Below are positions 18,701 through 26,453 of a DNA stretch of 53,725 bases, piece by piece. The stretch lies in the NCBI GenBank assembly GCA_944388985.1, contig CALXKT010000001.1, forward strand, positions 1-53,725, read 5' to 3'. The position numbers and the translations under genes were made by a program. The notes below the pieces were generated by a model that saw nothing but the letters and a program-made list of their open reading frames with translations, was not told the origin of the DNA and ran no database searches. The stretch comes from an uncultured Clostridia bacterium. Lineage in GTDB: Bacteria; Bacillota; Clostridia; TANB77; CAG-508. How positions within the stretch are numbered: position 1 is the first letter of the stretch; the number at the start of each line of letters is the position of its first letter.

Positions 18701-19777
18701 ATGAGTATTGAATCAGATTTAAAAAAGGATGGAATTACCGTTGTTGGTAAGTTAGATACATTAAGCGTAAATACCATTTCGAGGAACATAGCAGAAAAAA
18801 TTTGTAGGACTTTTCCAGAACAAAACTTTATTTTTCAAAATCTTTTTATTGCATTATCTAGAATACCAATGTATATCGCAGACATTCCAGCGGGATTTGC
18901 GGAAGCTACTTATTTTTATAAAAATTCTTCCATGTATTTCAAGCAAGGCTTATCATTAGAGGAATTAGAAAAGTTTGCAGTACATGAGTTTATTCATTAT
19001 TTGCAAGAGATTAAAGATAAAAAAGGACGTTTAGTAAAACTCGGTTTGTGCGATTTTGGAGATTTAAAGGTTTGTGGCATGGGCTTAAACGAGGGAGCTG
19101 TTCAACTTATGGCTTCCAAAGCTTTGGAATCACCAGAAGAAATTGTAAAATATTATGGCATTTCCTTTCCTACTATTAGCCCATCTTATTATCCACTTTT
19201 ATGCAATTTAGTAAACCAGATGGCTTACGTAGTGGGAGAAGAAACACTTTATGATAGCACTTTTTATGGAACAGATGCTTTTAAAGAGCGTTTTGCCAAT
19301 TTGTGTGGAGTAGACAATTTCTTTAAGATTCAATCCAATTTAGATAAAATTATGGAAGCAGAAGAAAAAGCGATAAAACTAAACAACAAGTTAATGAGTG
19401 ATGATGTTGAGGGTAACAAAGCACAAAAAATTGCCAAGAAAATAGAAGCTTATAAAACAAAAATCGGAAAACTTTTCTTTGAAACGCAAAATTTAATTTA
19501 CACATCTTACTTTAACACACAATTTACTAAGCTTTCTACTACCGCTGATATTGATGAATATCGTTTGCGTTTATACAATTACAAAAACTATATGGGAATT
19601 TCGGACAATTATTCTGACTTTAACGAATTTTACATTAATAAAATGATGGATTTAGATAATAAATATGAAAGCATTATGAATAATACTGGTTTAGTAGTAG
19701 CTAATAATTCGACAATTGCTAGATTTTTCCGCAAAATAAGAGCAATTTTATCGGCTACCGTAGAACTAAAAAAATAA
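18701..19777 (+). CDS. Hypothetical protein with an HExxH motif (possible metallopeptidase)
   Basis: 358 aa. The only motif seen is AVHEFIHYLQE. SD AAGGAG is upstream. Confidence 0.45.
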   Translation: MSIESDLKKDGITVVGKLDTLSVNTISRNIAEKICRTFPEQNFIFQNLFIALSRIPMYIADIPAGFAEATYFYKNSSMYFKQGLSLEELEKFAVHEFIHYLQEIKDKKGRLVKLGLCDFGDLKVCGMGLNEGAVQLMASKALESPEEIVKYYGISFPTISPSYYPLLCNLVNQMAYVVGEETLYDSTFYGTDAFKERFANLCGVDNFFKIQSNLDKIMEAEEKAIKLNNKLMSDDVEGNKAQKIAKKIEAYKTKIGKLFFETQNLIYTSYFNTQFTKLSTTADIDEYRLRLYNYKNYMGISDNYSDFNEFYINKMMDLDNKYESIMNNTGLVVANNSTIARFFRKIRAILSATVELKK

Positions 19778-19785
19778 ATATAGTA

Positions 19786-19857
19786 AGAGCTTGAACAAAA
19801 GGGACACTCCTTTTTGTTCAAGCTCTTAAACGTTTAGGAGTGTCCCTTTTGTTCAAA
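19786..19857. repeat. GGGAC-core repeat pair, subfamily A, between convergent genes (probable bidirectional terminator)
   Basis: AGAGCTTGAACAAAAGGGACACTCCTTTTTGTTCAAGCTCT is followed by TAAACGTTTAGGAGTGTCCCTTTTGTTCAAAC, the inverted copy. Confidence 0.8.
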
Positions 19858-19872
19858 CTTTTAATTCAGTCA

Positions 19873-21165
19873 TTATTTTTTGCGCAGAACAAGTGCGTCC
19901 CCAATTGCGCAAGCAGTATCTCTTCCGGCACGAGCCGCCCAAGCTACTGTGGCTTTATCTCCTGCCAAATCTCCTCCTGCATAAATTTTTGGATTGGAAG
20001 TTTTGTGATTTTCGTCTACTTCTATATATCCCCATTTATTTAGTGCTAGTCCTAATTTTTCTACAATTTCTTTTTCTGGACTTGAGCCTACTGCCATTAC
20101 AACATAATCCATATCCATTACATAGTTACTGTTTTCTATGTTAACTGGTACTTCTCTTGTTTCTCCCTCTTTTTTTACTAACTCGGTTCTAATACATTCT
20201 ATTTTTTCAACTTTTTTGTCTCCTAAAATTTTTACTATATTATTCTGAAATAAAAACTCGATACCCTCTTCTTTTGCTTCCGCAATTTCTTTTGTCTCTG
20301 CTGGCATTTGTTTTTCTGCCCTACGGTAGATGACGGAAACCTTTTCTGCTCCTAGTCTTTTTATGGTTCGTGCGCAATCCATTGCCACATTGCCACCGCC
20401 AATTACGGCTACTTTCTTACCTACATAAGATGGATGTTTTCCTGTTTCTAATAAACGATTTCCTCCATAAACGCCTTCTAAGTCTTCTCCCTCAATATGC
20501 ATTTTTGCAGGAATATTAGCTCCAAATCCTAAGAAAATAGCATCATAATTGTTTTCTAGCTCTTTTAAATCTAAATTTTTTCCTAGCTCTTTGTGATATT
20601 CTACTTTTATTCCTAAGCTTAGAATGGCTTCCACTGTTTTTTGCAATACGGATTTTTCCAATCGAAATTCTGGTATTCCGTGGGATAAAATACCGCCTAG
20701 CTCTCCTTGTTTTTCAAAAATGGTAACTTCTGCTCCACTTCTTGCTAAAAAAGCACTACAAGTAAGACCAGCAGGACCGCCTCCTACCACTGCCACTTTT
20801 TTTCCTTTTAATTCGTCTGTCTTTTCTAACTTTTCATACCACTTGTTTTTTAGCGCCTCATCAAAAACATATGCTTCAATCTTTCCTATTTGAACTGGCT
20901 CTCCTTTAATTCCGCGTACACAGCTTCCCTCACACTGCTTCATATGTGGGCATATTCTTCCGCAAACGCTTCCTAGAACTGTGGTATTGCTTAATATTTT
21001 GTATGCCTCTTCTACCTTTCCCTCTTTTACTTGCTTTATAAAGGCTGGTATGTCATTATTTAGTGGGCAACCTTTATTACTACAAGGTTTTGCAGGGCAA
21101 TTCAAGCAATATTCTGTGGCTTTTTGTATTTCTTCGCTTATTTTCTCATTCATCTCTGTGTTCAT
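19873..21165 (-). CDS. GltD-like NAD(P)H-dependent FAD oxidoreductase with N-terminal Fe-S cysteines (glutamate synthase small-chain / SudA family)
   Basis: Cys cluster CLNCPAKPCSNKGCP, two dinucleotide folds VAVVGGGPAGL and VAVIGGGNVAMDCAR. The likely start is MNTEMNEK (ATG 21165). Confidence 0.8.
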   Translation of the reverse strand: MNTEMNEKISEEIQKATEYCLNCPAKPCSNKGCPLNNDIPAFIKQVKEGKVEEAYKILSNTTVLGSVCGRICPHMKQCEGSCVRGIKGEPVQIGKIEAYVFDEALKNKWYEKLEKTDELKGKKVAVVGGGPAGLTCSAFLARSGAEVTIFEKQGELGGILSHGIPEFRLEKSVLQKTVEAILSLGIKVEYHKELGKNLDLKELENNYDAIFLGFGANIPAKMHIEGEDLEGVYGGNRLLETGKHPSYVGKKVAVIGGGNVAMDCARTIKRLGAEKVSVIYRRAEKQMPAETKEIAEAKEEGIEFLFQNNIVKILGDKKVEKIECIRTELVKKEGETREVPVNIENSNYVMDMDYVVMAVGSSPEKEIVEKLGLALNKWGYIEVDENHKTSNPKIYAGGDLAGDKATVAWAARAGRDTACAIGDALVLRKK

Positions 21166-21337
21166 CCTTTCTTTCCTTTTAGGACATTTCAAAATTCCAT
21201 CCTTTTAACTATAAACACAAAATGATGTTTTGTCAATATACTTTGACCAATTGTTAGGACAATCTTCATTTTAGCTATTGCTATTTTTTATAGAAATGAT
21301 ATAATCTTTTTGTATTATAATGTTAGGAGGAATTTCT

Positions 21338-22030
21338 ATGAAAACCAAAAAAATTTGGCTTATTTTATCCCTTATTCTTCTTATTGTTATTATCCTTTTT
21401 ATTGTTTTAACAGCACGAAAATTCATCATTATTGGAGATTTAGAAGAAAAAGTAAATCAGCAAAATGCTAGGAACAATATTTATGTAAAAGTAGATACAT
21501 CTGATATCTCGGGAGAAATTTTTAAAAAGGACGATACCATTAAGGCAATTTTAAATTATAAGGACTCTGACACGAAAGTAATCCAAGTAGCAAGTGGCAC
21601 TACACGCACTGTGTACACTGAAAGTAATGCAGAAAGCGATGCAGAAGACAGTGCAGATAGTAATACAGAAAAAAAGGCATATGTTAATGAAAATGAAACC
21701 TTAAATACAAATGTTATTTCTAATGCAGTAGCTACCGATGGTTTTTGGAGCAAATTAAATTTTAGTTTACTCTCTCATATTACTACCGAGCTAATCGAAG
21801 ATACGGAATACTATGTATTAGAAAATAAGCATAATTCTAATTTTATGCTTCCCGTAAATTGTGACAATCTAAAAGTTTATATTGAAAAAGAAACCGGATT
21901 GATCTGGAAAGAAGTGCTAATTTTTGAAGATGGTACGGAAGAAACGACTACTTATGAATATTCTTTTGATACCGTTACTGATGACGATATTCAAGTACCA
22001 GATATAACTGAGTATGAGGTACAAGAATAA
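21338..22030 (+). CDS. Hypothetical membrane-anchored protein
   Basis: ATG at 21338, 8 nt after AGGAGG. One N-terminal TM helix and an acidic low-complexity stretch (ESNAESDAEDSADSN). Confidence 0.5.
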   Translation: MKTKKIWLILSLILLIVIILFIVLTARKFIIIGDLEEKVNQQNARNNIYVKVDTSDISGEIFKKDDTIKAILNYKDSDTKVIQVASGTTRTVYTESNAESDAEDSADSNTEKKAYVNENETLNTNVISNAVATDGFWSKLNFSLLSHITTELIEDTEYYVLENKHNSNFMLPVNCDNLKVYIEKETGLIWKEVLIFEDGTEETTTYEYSFDTVTDDDIQVPDITEYEVQE

Positions 22031-22039
22031 AAGCACAGC

Positions 22040-22639
22040 TTATCCAGCCATGATATTAGTAGTTGTATTTGCCTTATTTTGCTTATTTTCTTCATATAGA
22101 AAATAATGCATTAGTGCTATTGTCTCGCTAGAGGTTCTAATGTAACCTTCGGCGAGCAATTTTTTTGCTTCTTCCAAGGGAATGGTTACTACCTCAATGT
22201 CTTCTGTTTCATCTAAGTTTCTTTGTGTTTTTACCAAATCGGTTGCTAAAAAGATAGCAATTCTTTCATTCGAATAACCTATTGCAGTGTACTCTTCTCT
22301 TATTTTTTTTATTTTACCTGCTTTGTATCCTGTTTCCTCTTCTAATTCACGTAAAGCTGCATCTTCCGGTGTTTCTCCATTTTCCACCATTCCTGCTGGA
22401 AAAGCTAATACATTAATCCCAATTGGTGTACGTGGTTCTTTTATCATAATTAACTTATTATCTTCCGTTAATGGCATAATAATTGCTGCTTTTCCTGCTA
22501 ATACGTGCTCACGGTAAAGGATATCTCCTGTTCGTGGATTTTTGTAATGCAATTCTTCTACTGTAATTCTTTTTCCTTTGTATGCTACTTTTTCATCTAA
22601 AATCTCATAATCTATTTTTGAAAAAAATTCGTTTTCCAT
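22040..22639 (-). CDS. Nudix hydrolase (ADP-ribose pyrophosphatase-like)
   Basis: Nudix box GMVENGETPEDAALRELEEETGY. Confidence 0.8.
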   Translation of the reverse strand: MENEFFSKIDYEILDEKVAYKGKRITVEELHYKNPRTGDILYREHVLAGKAAIIMPLTEDNKLIMIKEPRTPIGINVLAFPAGMVENGETPEDAALRELEEETGYKAGKIKKIREEYTAIGYSNERIAIFLATDLVKTQRNLDETEDIEVVTIPLEEAKKLLAEGYIRTSSETIALMHYFLYEENKQNKANTTTNIMAG

Positions 22640-22717
22640 CTTTATTGATACTTCCTTTCAACGTTCATAGAACATCACAAGCTACCTCTTCTAGTTCTTC
22701 TGAGGCGCAATGTTGCT

Positions 22718-23281
22718 TTAATCCTCAGCTATTTCTTGATATTTTCTTATTACTTCTTTTAAATCTAACCAGAATTCAATTTTTTTATTTTCATCCCTTA
22801 AAAGTGCGGCGGGATGCCAAGTTGGCATGTATAATATTCCTTTTTTTTCAATCCATTTTCCTCTCGAAGAAGTAATACCATATTCTTTCCCACAAATGTT
22901 TTTTAGTGCTGTACTCCCTAGTAGCACAATAATTTTCGGGTTAACCAGAATTACTTGATTGCGCAAATAATTCAAACAAGCCTCTGCTTCGTCTTCTTCC
23001 GGCACTCTGTTTGCTGGTGGTCTACATTTTACAATATTGGCAATATATACCTTTTCTCTTTCCAGTCCTAGTCCTTCAAAAGCTTTATCCATTAACTTTC
23101 CTGCTTTTCCTACAAAAGGAATTCCTTGTTTATCCTCGTCTGCACCTGGTCCTTCTCCTATTAACATGATATCCGCATTTTTATTTCCTGTTCCAAACAC
23201 AATATTTAATCTCGTTTTGCATAATTTGCACTTATTACAATTTTCAATCGATTCTTCTAGTTCTTCCCAATTATTGTACAT
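22718..23281 (-). CDS. Uracil-DNA glycosylase, family 4 (Fe-S type)
   Basis: CNKCKLC cysteines, GEGPGADEDKQGIPFVGKAGKLM, WHPAALLR. Confidence 0.85.
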   Translation of the reverse strand: MYNNWEELEESIENCNKCKLCKTRLNIVFGTGNKNADIMLIGEGPGADEDKQGIPFVGKAGKLMDKAFEGLGLEREKVYIANIVKCRPPANRVPEEDEAEACLNYLRNQVILVNPKIIVLLGSTALKNICGKEYGITSSRGKWIEKKGILYMPTWHPAALLRDENKKIEFWLDLKEVIRKYQEIAED

Positions 23282-23328
23282 TTCTTTGTCCTTTCTCTTA
23301 AAACAAGCGAGCTATCTAACTTTTTCGT

Positions 23329-24237
23329 CTACTCCATAAAATTCTCCGTAATTTCTATTTTTACCTTCTTGCTGGTGTCAATTTTCGCTTTTCCCCCCAC
23401 AGGGATTACCGTTTTCTTCTCGGTATGTCCGAAATTGTTCGATTTTATAATAGGAAAAGTATATTTATCTTCCAAAACATCTAGTAAAATTTTCTCTAAT
23501 GCTACACTTCCGTCATAATTTCCTACCCAAATCCCTTTAATTTTATCAAAAACGCCATTTTGCTTCATATGGTATAAATAATTGCAAACTCTCTCTGGTG
23601 GTGTTTCTAAGCAAAATTCCTCCATAAATAATATCTTGTCAGTAAAGTCAATGGCATAATTGCCTGCGACCATCTCTGTTGTTAAACTTAAATTTCCTCC
23701 CACAAGAATGCCTTCCGCTGTGCCCTCTTGAATTGTTTTATACTCATCATCTTCTTGTCCTAGAGCCATGTTTCCTTCCATAAAGCGTTTGATGGCTTCT
23801 TCATAAGCGTATGGAGTAGCCCATGAAGTTAATGCTTTAAAAGTAGGACCATTAAAAGTAATTACTCCTGTTTTGGCATAAATTGCATTTTCTAAAGAGG
23901 TGCTGTCACTAAATCCACAGAGTGGCTTTGGATTATTTTTTATCAGTTCATAATCTAAATATTCAAAAACAGAATTGGAATTAAAACCTCCACTTACACA
24001 AAAAATAAGCTTTACCTCTTTATCGGCAAACATGGCATTAATATCTTCTGCTTTTTCCTGCGGTGTTGCACTATATCCAAGCGTTTTCTTGAATGCATTC
24101 TTTCCAAATTTCACTTTTAATCCTGTACTTTCCATTAGCAGTACAGAATTATTAATCGTCTCCAAATCGTCTTCATCAATTTTGGAAGATGGTGCTATAA
24201 CGCCTACTGTATCGCCTTTTTTAAGTTTTTGAAACAT
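23329..24237 (-). CDS. LD-carboxypeptidase (peptidase S66, LdcA/MccF family)
   Basis: Nucleophile motif GFSDSTSL, a C-terminal FGHTEKK histidine, and typical length of 302 aa. Confidence 0.8.
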   Translation of the reverse strand: MFQKLKKGDTVGVIAPSSKIDEDDLETINNSVLLMESTGLKVKFGKNAFKKTLGYSATPQEKAEDINAMFADKEVKLIFCVSGGFNSNSVFEYLDYELIKNNPKPLCGFSDSTSLENAIYAKTGVITFNGPTFKALTSWATPYAYEEAIKRFMEGNMALGQEDDEYKTIQEGTAEGILVGGNLSLTTEMVAGNYAIDFTDKILFMEEFCLETPPERVCNYLYHMKQNGVFDKIKGIWVGNYDGSVALEKILLDVLEDKYTFPIIKSNNFGHTEKKTVIPVGGKAKIDTSKKVKIEITENFME

Positions 24238-24394
24238 GGTTTTCCCTCCTGTTTTTCAATTTTTACTTTTTCTTTATGCATTTCTATCGATTTCGTACTT
24301 AACTATTGTATCATTTTTTAGATGCAAAGGCAACTAATTTTTGGTCGTTTTCTTGAACAAAAGTTACTGGATAGTTACAATTCACGGTTGTTTT

Positions 24395-24550
24395 AATCGT
24401 AGCAATGTATATTTTAAATTTATGTTGGAGTGCTTAAGGTGGGGACCGACAAGTTTACAAACTGTTAAACGAAACATAAGTGGAGTTTATACAGTTTGTA
24501 CGCAGTTGGGGGCCGGAAACATAAATTTAAAATATACATTGTTACGACTT
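24395..24550 (+). ncRNA. Unclassified structured hairpin element, copy 2
   Basis: A 29-bp closing stem: 24398-24426 pairs with 24518-24546 (28 Watson-Crick plus 1 G:T), extended by AAT/ATT-like pairs with one bulge. Core blocks are identical to copy 1 (36 nt at 24433-24468 and 22 nt at 24491-24512). The apical hairpin differs. Confidence 0.45.
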
Positions 24551-24600
24551 TTTAGAACAAGCTTTGAATGGTAACACTGACTAATGAAGAAAAAATGCAT

Positions 24601-24629
24601 TTGCCTTTTTCTTAAAAGCGTAGTATAAT
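24601..24629 (+). promoter_or_regulatory. Sigma-A type promoter TTGCCT - 17 nt - TATAAT for the gene at 24699
   Basis: -35 at 24601-24606 and -10 at 24624-24629. SD AAAGGAG lies before the ATG at 24699. Confidence 0.5.
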
Positions 24630-24698
24630 AGATAACGTAGTTACCATAAGAACAGTTCCATACAATTAAATGGAGCGACATTAGAAAGGAGAATTTTT

Positions 24699-25364
24699 AT
24701 GCCTGGTTACTTAATTCATTTAGCATCTTGTTACCCCGGCAGCTTATCTTCGCAAAGTTTTCGGCTTGGAGTAGAAGCGCCCGATTTGCTAAAAGGCTAT
24801 TATAAGCGATTTGGCTTAGAGGGTGCTCGGAGTAAGTGGGAATCCTTAAGAATTCCCGGCATTCCTCGCTTCGACCGATTTGAAAAAAGAGTTCAGCAAC
24901 CAGAGCTAAAAGGCTCTACAGACGGACTACATTTTGGTCCAAGTTCCTCGCCAGATTTAACTGCGTTCTGGAATTCATTATCCTTGCCGGAGCAATACTC
25001 TCCGTTTTGGCGGGGATATCTGTGGCATCTAGCTACAGACAAAGTCTTCTATAAGAGGCTTCGCATTGAAGAACTTCTTAAGAAAAAAATGGCAACGATG
25101 CAAAGAGGTAAGAAAGCATACGAAAAAGAGGTTTCTCAACTGCACCTAGATTGGGATAGGACAAATTCTCTTGTCTTAAGTCACTATCCTCATTTGTTCA
25201 TTCCTCTGGAACTGCAAGAGCTTGATGTGATTCACTTTGTAGAGGATAAAAACTTTCGCTATATAAGCGAGATTATCCTACTGGACACTATTGACTATTT
25301 GAGGAAATTCGATCCCCTTTCTGATGGAATCATGAACTCCATCCAGTTCATTCTGGAAGGATAA
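24699..25364 (+). CDS. Hypothetical protein, compositionally foreign; weak resemblance to the Zn-dependent phospholipase C / P1-nuclease-fold hydrolase family
   Basis: 221 aa. N-terminal GYLIHL and internal GYLWHLATD His/Asp motifs. G+C hand count is 58/120 in 24721-24840, against 21-24 per 60 nt in the flanking genes. It has its own promoter and terminator. Confidence 0.4.
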   Translation: MPGYLIHLASCYPGSLSSQSFRLGVEAPDLLKGYYKRFGLEGARSKWESLRIPGIPRFDRFEKRVQQPELKGSTDGLHFGPSSSPDLTAFWNSLSLPEQYSPFWRGYLWHLATDKVFYKRLRIEELLKKKMATMQRGKKAYEKEVSQLHLDWDRTNSLVLSHYPHLFIPLELQELDVIHFVEDKNFRYISEIILLDTIDYLRKFDPLSDGIMNSIQFILEG

Positions 25365-25367
25365 AAG

Positions 25368-25402
25368 AAATACGGAGACAGTTTTAATCTGTCTCCGTAT
25401 TT
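25368..25402 (+). terminator. Rho-independent terminator
   Basis: Perfect 14-bp stem AAATACGGAGACAG / CTGTCTCCGTATTT, a 7-nt loop, then a T-rich tail. Confidence 0.8.
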
Positions 25403-25483
25403 TATTCGTTTTAGGAATTATGGTTATTAATCATTCTTGTTATATTTTAATAAAAATCAATCTCCATTTAAAAATTCTAGAAA

Positions 25484-26284
25484 TTATAAAATCATTCCAA
25501 TAAACGCACCATTTCTACCCGATTGTTCTTTGTCTACGCGGTAAGAATGAAATAAATCGGAATGGCAAACTGTACAAATGCCACTATCCATAATGTTTTC
25601 TGGCACTAACCCCGCTTCCTGCAAAATTAGCTTATTAATTAAAGTAGTATCAATGTTATATTTTTGCTTTTCTTCTACTTTTCTGCCTCTTTCTATTATT
25701 TCTTGTATTCTTCCCGTATAAGTAAATTCTTTTTCAAATAGCTTCATTACATCTTCCTCTACCTCAAAATGGCATTTTTGAATACATGGACCAATGCAAC
25801 AAATAATATCTTCTGGATGGCAGTCAAATTCCTTTTTCATTTTTTCTACTGCTTTCTTTCCAATTTGTTGCAGTGTTCCTTTCCAGCCAGAATGCACATC
25901 TCCCACCACTTTTTTCTTATCGTCATAAAAGAATAAAGAAGTGCAATCTGCAGATGTTGTACACAAAAAAATATTCCTTTGGTTTGTAATCATTCCGTCT
26001 ACCTCATCCCATACTTCTTCTGGTCGGTTTACTATTTCTACTCTGTCGGTATGGGTTTGATGTGGTTTTATGATGTTATGATAATCTATTTCAAGCGCTT
26101 TTGCTATTTTTTTGTAGCTATCAATTAAGTCGGTTTTATCTTGCCCTTTTATCTGAACATTTATATGATTCTTTCGCAATGTATAACAATGCTTTACATT
26201 TGGAAATTCTAGCAATTTTCTAAATTGCAGAAATTCCGTTCCATCTATTTTTTTATGAACGATTATGTCATTGGTCAAATCCAA
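25484..26284 (-). CDS. pgeF: YfiH/PgeF family (laccase-domain / purine nucleoside phosphorylase-like) protein
   Basis: HTDRV, DVHSGWKGT, CIGPCIQKCHFEV, FHSYRVD. The first 37 codons of the track ORF (to 26395) run through repeat units. The likely start is the TTG at 26284 after AAGAGG. Confidence 0.8.
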   Translation of the reverse strand: MDLTNDIIVHKKIDGTEFLQFRKLLEFPNVKHCYTLRKNHINVQIKGQDKTDLIDSYKKIAKALEIDYHNIIKPHQTHTDRVEIVNRPEEVWDEVDGMITNQRNIFLCTTSADCTSLFFYDDKKKVVGDVHSGWKGTLQQIGKKAVEKMKKEFDCHPEDIICCIGPCIQKCHFEVEEDVMKLFEKEFTYTGRIQEIIERGRKVEEKQKYNIDTTLINKLILQEAGLVPENIMDSGICTVCHSDLFHSYRVDKEQSGRNGAFIGMIL

Positions 26285-26325
26285 TACTTTCACCTCTTTC
26301 TCTGTTTTTTCAATTTGGACGTTAG

Positions 26326-26453
26326 GGACACTCTTTTTTGTCCAAGTTTTTGGTGAACGTTGGGGACACTCCTTTTTGTTTAAGAACTTGAACATTTAGG
26401 AGTGTCCCTTTTGTTCAAGTTCTTGAACGTTTAGGAGTGTCCCTTTTGTTCAA
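26326..26453. repeat. Four tandem subfamily-A GGGAC units of about 35 bp (two forward, two inverted)
   Basis: GGGACACTC at about 26335 and GGGGACACTCC at about 26362, then GGAGTGTCCC at 26398-26407 and at about 26434. Each is flanked by TTGAAC/GTTCAA words. The cluster overlaps the addB stop codon (26450-26452). Confidence 0.85.

Noticed and set aside
19893-19910. Repeat-like word GTGCGTCCCCAATTGCGC inside the 3' end of the gltD-like CDS, as a possible repeat insertion creating a new C-terminus
   Set aside because: The encoded ...ACAIGDALVLRKK is a plausible native C-terminus of this family, and the match to the repeat is only about 16 nt. This cannot be distinguished from coincidence without alignment.
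26326-26453. Possible CRISPR array (regular repeats of about 35 bp)
   Set aside because: The units are contiguous, with no unique spacers between them. They switch orientation halfway. The same unit occurs singly at many gene 3' ends, and there are no cas genes in the window.
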